IMG/VR virus record: IMGVR_UViG_3300049191_000119
Span: 1-38,182 of that record
DNA from: a virus
Taxonomy: Duplodnaviria; Caudoviricetes
Length of the DNA stretch: 38,182 nucleotides
Reading direction: 5' to 3' (one strand)
The translations under genes were made by a program, and so were the position numbers. Each line of letters begins with the position of its first letter. Within the stretch, counting starts at the first letter, position 1. Shown here in pieces: positions 35,018-38,182 of the stretch. Below the pieces are notes generated by a model that was not told where the DNA came from, did not search any database, and saw only the letters and a list, made by a program, of their open reading frames with translations.

Positions 35018-35238
35018 GGCCAGATCGGAGCAATCCAGGTCAGAGGCTCCAAGAACACCCGCCCATATTGCACATCGACGTGCGCCTCACGCGCCTCGAC
35101 TGCGTCTTGCACGGCTTCCGCGCGCGTTTGGCGCAGCGGCCCCTTCACCTGCGTATCTACCATGAAGACATAGCCGATTGGCTTGCTCTTACCCGCAGCC
35201 GCATCGATCGACCGCTGCACCTTACCAGAATAACCCAC
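35014..35238 (-). CDS. Small hypothetical protein under a LexA box, convergent with cI
   Basis: 74 aa, AAGGAG RBS 6 nt before GTG; stop overlaps cI stop. Confidence 0.7.
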   Translation of the reverse strand: MGYSGKVQRSIDAAAGKSKPIGYVFMVDTQVKGPLRQTRAEAVQDAVEAREAHVDVQYGRVFLEPLTWIAPIWP

Positions 35239-35261
35239 CCACGACTCCTTTCTGCTGGTGA

Positions 35262-35276
35262 GAACATAAATCGAAC
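35262..35276. promoter_or_regulatory. Alphaproteobacterial LexA (SOS) box
   Basis: GAAC-ATAAATC-GAAC = GAAC-N7-GAAC with AT-rich spacer, intergenic, 24 nt upstream of the 35238 start. Confidence 0.78.
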
Positions 35277-35311
35277 AAACATTGCCAAAGAGTCAACGGG
35301 CTTGAGCCGGA

Positions 35312-35365
35312 TTAGCTAGACCGGCTAAATTTGCCGTTGACATGATTTAGCCAAGATAGCTAATT
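35312..35365 (+). promoter_or_regulatory. OL-like operators and early promoter
   Basis: TTAGC-N7-GCTAA at 35312-35328 and 35347-35363; TTGACA (35337-35342)-N17-CTAATT. Confidence 0.82.
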
Positions 35366-35393
35366 GAGCCAATCTCCAACACGGGAGGCTCAT

Positions 35394-35843
35394 GTGCTTC
35401 AAACTGAAAACCAATTTCCCTATCCCGGCAGCATCGCGCTGTTTCTCGGCCTGCGCTGGCGCGTCCTGAGCCATGCGGCCGACGGCACGGCGCACATCGC
35501 TCGCGAAGGCGTCGCCGCGAGTCTCACCCGCCGGGCTGACATCAACGAATTGGTCGATCCCAAGATCGCCGACGAAAACGCGATGATCGCGCTCACCGAC
35601 ATGAGCGAGGCGGCGGCTCGGATCGGCCTCTTCATCGCCCGCCAGCTGCGCGATGCCAATGAAGTCACTATGTCAGACCTGCGCCGCCAGCTGGCCGAGG
35701 CCAGCCGCGAAGGCCGCATCCCTGCACCGCGCGACAACTTCCAGATTGCGATGCTCCTGCGCCGCCTGGGCTGGCGCAAGGTGGGCTACGTCAAGGAAAG
35801 CTACGGCACGTCGGCCCGCTATGCGCGTGGAGCCGTCCAGTGA
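35394..35843 (+). CDS. Hypothetical early protein with C-terminal winged-helix-like domain
   Basis: GGGAGG RBS before in-frame GTG 35394; VTMSDL...IAMLLRRLGWRK. Confidence 0.7.
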   Translation: MLQTENQFPYPGSIALFLGLRWRVLSHAADGTAHIAREGVAASLTRRADINELVDPKIADENAMIALTDMSEAAARIGLFIARQLRDANEVTMSDLRRQLAEASREGRIPAPRDNFQIAMLLRRLGWRKVGYVKESYGTSARYARGAVQ

Positions 35844-36010
35844 GCGCCTTCAGCCAGATCGCCGCGGTCATCTTCGCCTGCAGCTTCCTGCTCGCTGGCT
35901 GGACGATCGTCAGCATGTTCGCCGCCTACCGCCACAAGATGGCAGCGGCCCTTCTTTTCGAGCCGATCCCCCGCGACCGGCCGATCATCAGCCGGAGGGC
36001 CAGCCGATGA
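35840..36010 (+). CDS. Small single-pass membrane protein, 56 aa (not in ORF track)
   Basis: Translated by hand: MSAFSQIAAVIFACSFLLAGWTIVSMFAAYRHKMAAALLFEPIPRDRPIISRRASR; GTGA and ATGA overlaps at both ends. Confidence 0.68.
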   Translation: MSAFSQIAAVIFACSFLLAGWTIVSMFAAYRHKMAAALLFEPIPRDRPIISRRASR

Positions 36011-36432
36011 GCATTGACTATATCCGCAGCTACTATGGCGTGCCTGCCCACCCGGGCGGCCGCGTGCGCTATACCGGAGGCCGTCACCCAATGGATGGCA
36101 CGATCGACGGCGCAGAAGGCGCGCACCTGATGATCCGCCTCGACGGCCAGCAGCATGCGATGCCCTATCACCCCACCTGGAAGATCGAATATCTTCCCGA
36201 GGAGCCGACGCCGGGCGTGCTGTCCCTTTGGGTCATCACCGAAAACCCCAGCGACTATCCCGGCCAGTTCGTCGCCCGCGAATGGCATATTGGCCAGAAC
36301 ATCAACGCGCCCACGCCCCGCTGCCATGTCGCCGGCACCCTGGACGAAGTGCGCGCAAAGCTGCCGCCCTTCCTCACCCGTCTGCCGCCTGATCCGAGAG
36401 ACGACCGCGTGATCGTGGAGACCTGGATATGA
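36007..36432 (+). CDS. Hypothetical phage protein, two-domain
   Basis: Start MSIDYIRSYYGVPA (GGAGG RBS); SH3-like first half ending YHPTWKIEY, second half NPSDYPGQFVAR...DDRVIVETW. Confidence 0.72.
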   Translation: MSIDYIRSYYGVPAHPGGRVRYTGGRHPMDGTIDGAEGAHLMIRLDGQQHAMPYHPTWKIEYLPEEPTPGVLSLWVITENPSDYPGQFVAREWHIGQNINAPTPRCHVAGTLDEVRAKLPPFLTRLPPDPRDDRVIVETWI

Positions 36433-36815
36433 GCGAAGCCGACAACCGCGCACTAGCGCAGTTCTTTTTCGACCACGGCTTCACCGCCTGTTGGGCAGAC
36501 GCGATGATGGCAAACGCACAGCGCCCCGTCTTCGACTTGACCGACGCCCGTTTCGAGCGAGCCTGGGCGATCATGCCCGAGTGCTGCGACACGCCGGAAG
36601 ACGCGGCCGAGTTCGCCCAGAAGAAGGCCCTTGCCGACGCCGCGCCCGAACTGCTCGCGATCGCGCTCCGCCTGATCAAGTGGGACAAGGATTTTCCCGT
36701 CAACTGCCACAATGGCTATGCCGGTCTGAAGGAGCTCGACGCGATTATCGCCGATGCGGCGAAGGTATCGGCGACGGCAGTGCAGTCGTCAGGTGCTGGC
36801 GGCGCCAATGGCTGA
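36429..36815 (+). CDS. Hypothetical phage protein
   Basis: ATGA overlap; AAPELL motif common in phage early proteins. Confidence 0.68.
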   Translation: MSEADNRALAQFFFDHGFTACWADAMMANAQRPVFDLTDARFERAWAIMPECCDTPEDAAEFAQKKALADAAPELLAIALRLIKWDKDFPVNCHNGYAGLKELDAIIADAAKVSATAVQSSGAGGANG

Positions 36816-37812
36816 CGGCACCAAGATCGAGTGGACCGACGCCACCGTGAACGCCATCAATGGCTGCAGCGTCATCTCGCCCGGTTGCACCAACTGCTAT
36901 GCCATGCGCCTCGCCGGAACGCGCCTGAAGCATCATCCCTCCCGCGTCGGGCTGACGATCGACAGCAAGGCTGGCCCGGTCTGGAATGGCGAGGTGCGCC
37001 TCAACGAAGACCAACTGCTGCAGCCGCTCCGCTGGACAAAGCCGCGTCAGATCTTCTGGAACGCGCATGGTGACATGTTTCACCCGTCCGTGCCCAAAGA
37101 ATGGATCGACCGCTGCTTCGCAGTGATGGCGATGACGCCGCAGCACATCCATCAGGTGCTAACGAAGCGCGCCGATCGGATGCGCACCCATCTGTCAGAC
37201 CCATCGTGGGCGCGCCGCGTTAGCGACATTGTGAACGCTTGGCCGCGAGCCGCGATCGGCAGCGGGAACGAGTTCACCGCCGACTTCAATCTCTGGTTCG
37301 GGAATTTTCTCCCCAATGTCTGGCTTGGAGTGTCGGTTGAAGATCAGGCCCGCGCTGATGAACGCATTCCGGATCTGCTCGCCAGCCCTGCCGCCGTCCG
37401 CTGGCTGTCCTGTGAGCCGCTGCTGGGCCCGGTGGATCTAGCCGAGTGGCTGATTTGTCCGAATGCCCGCGACGGCTTGAGCATGGACCCCTCTACCGGC
37501 GCATACGAATGCTGCCGCAGCTGCGACTATACTGGGCTCATCGGCGGTATCGATTGGGTCGTCGTCGGCGGGGAAAGCGGGAAGGGCGCACGCCCGATGC
37601 GGGCGGATTGGGCCCGCGCGCTGCGCGATCAGTGCACCGAATCCGCCGTTCCGTTCTTCTTCAAGCAATGGGGAGCTTATTTGCCCTGCGGCCAGCTAAA
37701 CGGCGCGGGCACGCGCTGGACCAACGGCAGCGGTCACGCCCTCCTCACCACCAAATCTTTCGCCGGGCGCTACCTTGACGGTGTCCAGCATGGCGGGATG
37801 CCCCGTGCCTGA
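36808..37812 (+). CDS. Phage gp37/gp68 family (DUF5131) radical-SAM-like protein
   Basis: TKIEWTD, GCSVISPGCTNCYA, QVLTKR, NVWLGVSVEDQ, WLSCEPLLG, DWVVVGGESG, PFFFKQWG. Confidence 0.92.
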   Translation: MADGTKIEWTDATVNAINGCSVISPGCTNCYAMRLAGTRLKHHPSRVGLTIDSKAGPVWNGEVRLNEDQLLQPLRWTKPRQIFWNAHGDMFHPSVPKEWIDRCFAVMAMTPQHIHQVLTKRADRMRTHLSDPSWARRVSDIVNAWPRAAIGSGNEFTADFNLWFGNFLPNVWLGVSVEDQARADERIPDLLASPAAVRWLSCEPLLGPVDLAEWLICPNARDGLSMDPSTGAYECCRSCDYTGLIGGIDWVVVGGESGKGARPMRADWARALRDQCTESAVPFFFKQWGAYLPCGQLNGAGTRWTNGSGHALLTTKSFAGRYLDGVQHGGMPRA

Positions 37813-38182
37813 AGCAACACCCGCCCAGCTGCACCAGTTCGCACGAGACGAACGGGCGCGCCGCAAGGCCGCGTTCAAGGCGGCAGGGCAGGCGCTATCC
37901 GACCGCGCCCAGCAGGACGATATCATCTGGTCGAACATCGAGCAGATGGCCGGGCGCGAGGCAGGCGATGCCATCTGCCTGAAGCGCCAGCCCTGGTATT
38001 GGACCAGGCCAGAACGGATCATCATGGCGCGCAGCGCGTGGGCCACCGCATGCAAGGCCGAGACAAGCCTCGACGCGTCGATCGAGGCGAACGCCGCGAA
38101 GATCACAGCACTCTGGCACCTTTACCGCTGGCTGAAGCCAGTGGGATGGTCGCCCTACATCAATGAGCCCGCAGATGGGTAA
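37805..38182 (+). CDS. Hypothetical phage protein
   Basis: GTG start overlapping DUF5131 end; open to TAA at window end. Confidence 0.62.
   Translation: MPEATPAQLHQFARDERARRKAAFKAAGQALSDRAQQDDIIWSNIEQMAGREAGDAICLKRQPWYWTRPERIIMARSAWATACKAETSLDASIEANAAKITALWHLYRWLKPVGWSPYINEPADG

Larger units (their letters stand above)
1..38182. mobile_element. Temperate siphovirus / prophage region (HK97-type head, long non-contractile tail, lambdoid immunity switch)
   Basis: Continuous phage gene order from lysis to early genes; many overlapping start/stop junctions; cI/cro switch with operators; boundaries, integrase and att sites are not in the window. Confidence 0.96.

Noticed and set aside
1-38182. 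Integrase, att sites, tRNA or rRNA genes
   Set aside because: None recognised; the window starts and ends at gene stops, so integration state cannot be determined

Overview
The whole window is a near-complete, high-GC temperate siphovirus (prophage-like) genome of lambdoid layout, probably from an alphaproteobacterium (Sphingomonadaceae-like; inferred from gene style and an alpha-type LexA box). Read on the minus strand from ~34.3 kb leftwards: cro, a cII-like gene, several small regulators, ParB-family protein, a phage-encoded DNA polymerase III beta clamp, an adenine-type DNA methyltransferase, a DnaG-primase/SF3-helicase fusion followed by an iteron origin, a late regulator, HNH, terminase small/large, HK97 portal, ClpP protease, capsid, head-tail joining, tail tube, chaperones, tape measure, tail tip, tail fibre with S74 chaperone and a lysis cassette (endolysin, holin, i-/o-spanin). 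On the plus strand from 34.4 kb: cI repressor and an early operon including a gp37/gp68 (DUF5131) gene. No integrase or att site lies in the window. Most notable: (1) an accessory cassette inside the tail operon (HIRAN gene, RHH regulator, structured leader, twin-arginine-signal protein, and a Rha protein whose C-terminus resembles the origin-binding winged helix of the phage's own primase-helicase); (2) a small LexA-box-controlled gene converging on cI; (3) a BssS-like gene antisense between cro and cII; (4) the beta clamp/ParB/MTase/DnaG-helicase replication module. All product calls come from motif recognition and synteny by eye; no database searches were run.
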